Shown: in pieces, positions 63,087 through 64,000 of the stretch
How the letters are laid out: every line of letters starts with the position of its first letter
Position numbering within the stretch: position 1 is the stretch's first letter
Assembly (NCBI GenBank): GCA_030295235.1
Contig: AP026152.1
Location: 372,001 to 436,000, forward strand
DNA from: Fistulifera solaris
Lineage: Eukaryota
Length of the DNA: 64,000 nucleotides
Direction of reading: 5' to 3'
Position numbers and translations under genes: made by a program
Notes under the pieces: generated by a model
What the model saw: only the letters and a program-made list of their open reading frames with translations
Database searches by the model: none
Told to the model about the DNA's origin: nothing

Positions 63087-64000
63087 ATGAATCAAACAAT
63101 GGCAACAGTATCGACGATGAATCGACCTCCCCGCCCGGTCGCTCCGCCCCCAATGGCACGGAGCGGCCTCCCCGACCCCCTACAAAACCCCCACCGCCCC
63201 CACCCCCGCGCAAAAGCGCTCCTCCCCCACCACCTTCATCGACAAAACGCCCGGGGCTTCCGAATGACGAACATGAACCTGAGATTAAAAAACGTCGCGG
63301 TTCGGTTTCGATAATGGCACCGGTTGTGATGCGTGACGTGAACGTCTTTGACAAGAAACATCAAGTTGGTCAAGGTACGTTTTTCGCGGGAGAGCATTAA
63401 ACCTTGGAACTTCTTTTCTCAATTCGCGTTCTGTTTCATCCTTTAAAGGTACATATGGTAGTGTTTTTGTCGGCCAAGACAAAGTCACTCGCGAAATCGT
63501 TGCTCTGAAACGTATCAATACGGAACAAGAAGAGAACGGTTTCCCCATTACCGCTATTCGCGAAGTCAAAATCTTAAAAGCTCTGCGACATGTCAATATT
63601 GTCAACTTGAAGGAGATTGTCACGTCAAAGGGTGCGTGCATGCTGTTTTCTGTGTGTTGACTGGCGGAAATAAAGTTTCGCGTGTTGTTGCGCTTTCCAC
63701 GAAGCAGTACGCAGTTCTGTCCGCCTACATGAAACGGCAGTTATCTATCACAGGTCGTGCTCTTTTTCTCGCCCGCTCTGTATACACCCTGCCACAATGT
63801 TTGTGCTGTTGTTGTGTTCGTATTATGTTTGCAAAGCCCGTCACAATCATTCTGACGTTCTTCGTTTTTCACCATTTTTGTTTGGGTGTTGCGTTGGTGC
63901 CACTTTAGAACAAGGTGAAATCCCGAAGAACGTATTTATGGTCTTTGAGTACCTCGAGTATGATCTTACGGGAGTTTTGGACACTCCCGAGATCCGCTTT
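63087..64000 (+). CDS. Transcriptional CDK (CDK9/12/CDKC type), 3' truncated by window; introns 63375-63448 and 63632-63908
   Basis: Spliced VGQGTYGSVF...VALKRI...GFPITAIREVKILKAL...VFMVFEYLEYDL; Pro-rich N-terminus. Confidence 0.93.
63661..63799 (+). ncRNA. Intronic box H/ACA snoRNA candidate
   Basis: Hairpin 1 (GGCGGA/TCCGCC; GCGTGTTG/CAGTACGC), H box ACATGA at 63727-63732, hairpin 2 (GGCAG/CTGCC; ACAG/CTGT), ACA at 63794-63796; about 139 nt. Confidence 0.75.

Overview
Gene-dense eukaryotic nuclear DNA, most likely from a raphid pennate diatom. This is inferred from bipartite signal+'AF' plastid presequences, short GT-AG introns and diatom-type histones. About 40 protein-coding genes are present, mostly housekeeping (Snu114, Utp13/TBL3, Vps41, AP-1 mu, succinyl-CoA ligase beta, D-2-HG dehydrogenase, RNase Z, CDK9/12-type and AGC kinases, Kef antiporter, MATE, SulP), plus a dispersed histone group (H1, H2B, H2A x2, H3). 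Many genes carry 1-2 nt frameshifts in homopolymer runs, best read as assembly errors. The strongest non-coding signal is in the histone genes. All five carry a metazoan-style 6-bp/4-nt 3' stem-loop (GGARGT-N4-ACYTCC, with a compensatory base-pair change) followed by ACCCA and a fixed-distance CAAAG. This suggests an SLBP/U7-like histone mRNA 3'-end system with a lineage-specific stem. Two unusually long introns contain box H/ACA snoRNA-like structures, and a third is possible. No tRNA, rRNA, CRISPR array or transposon was recognised.
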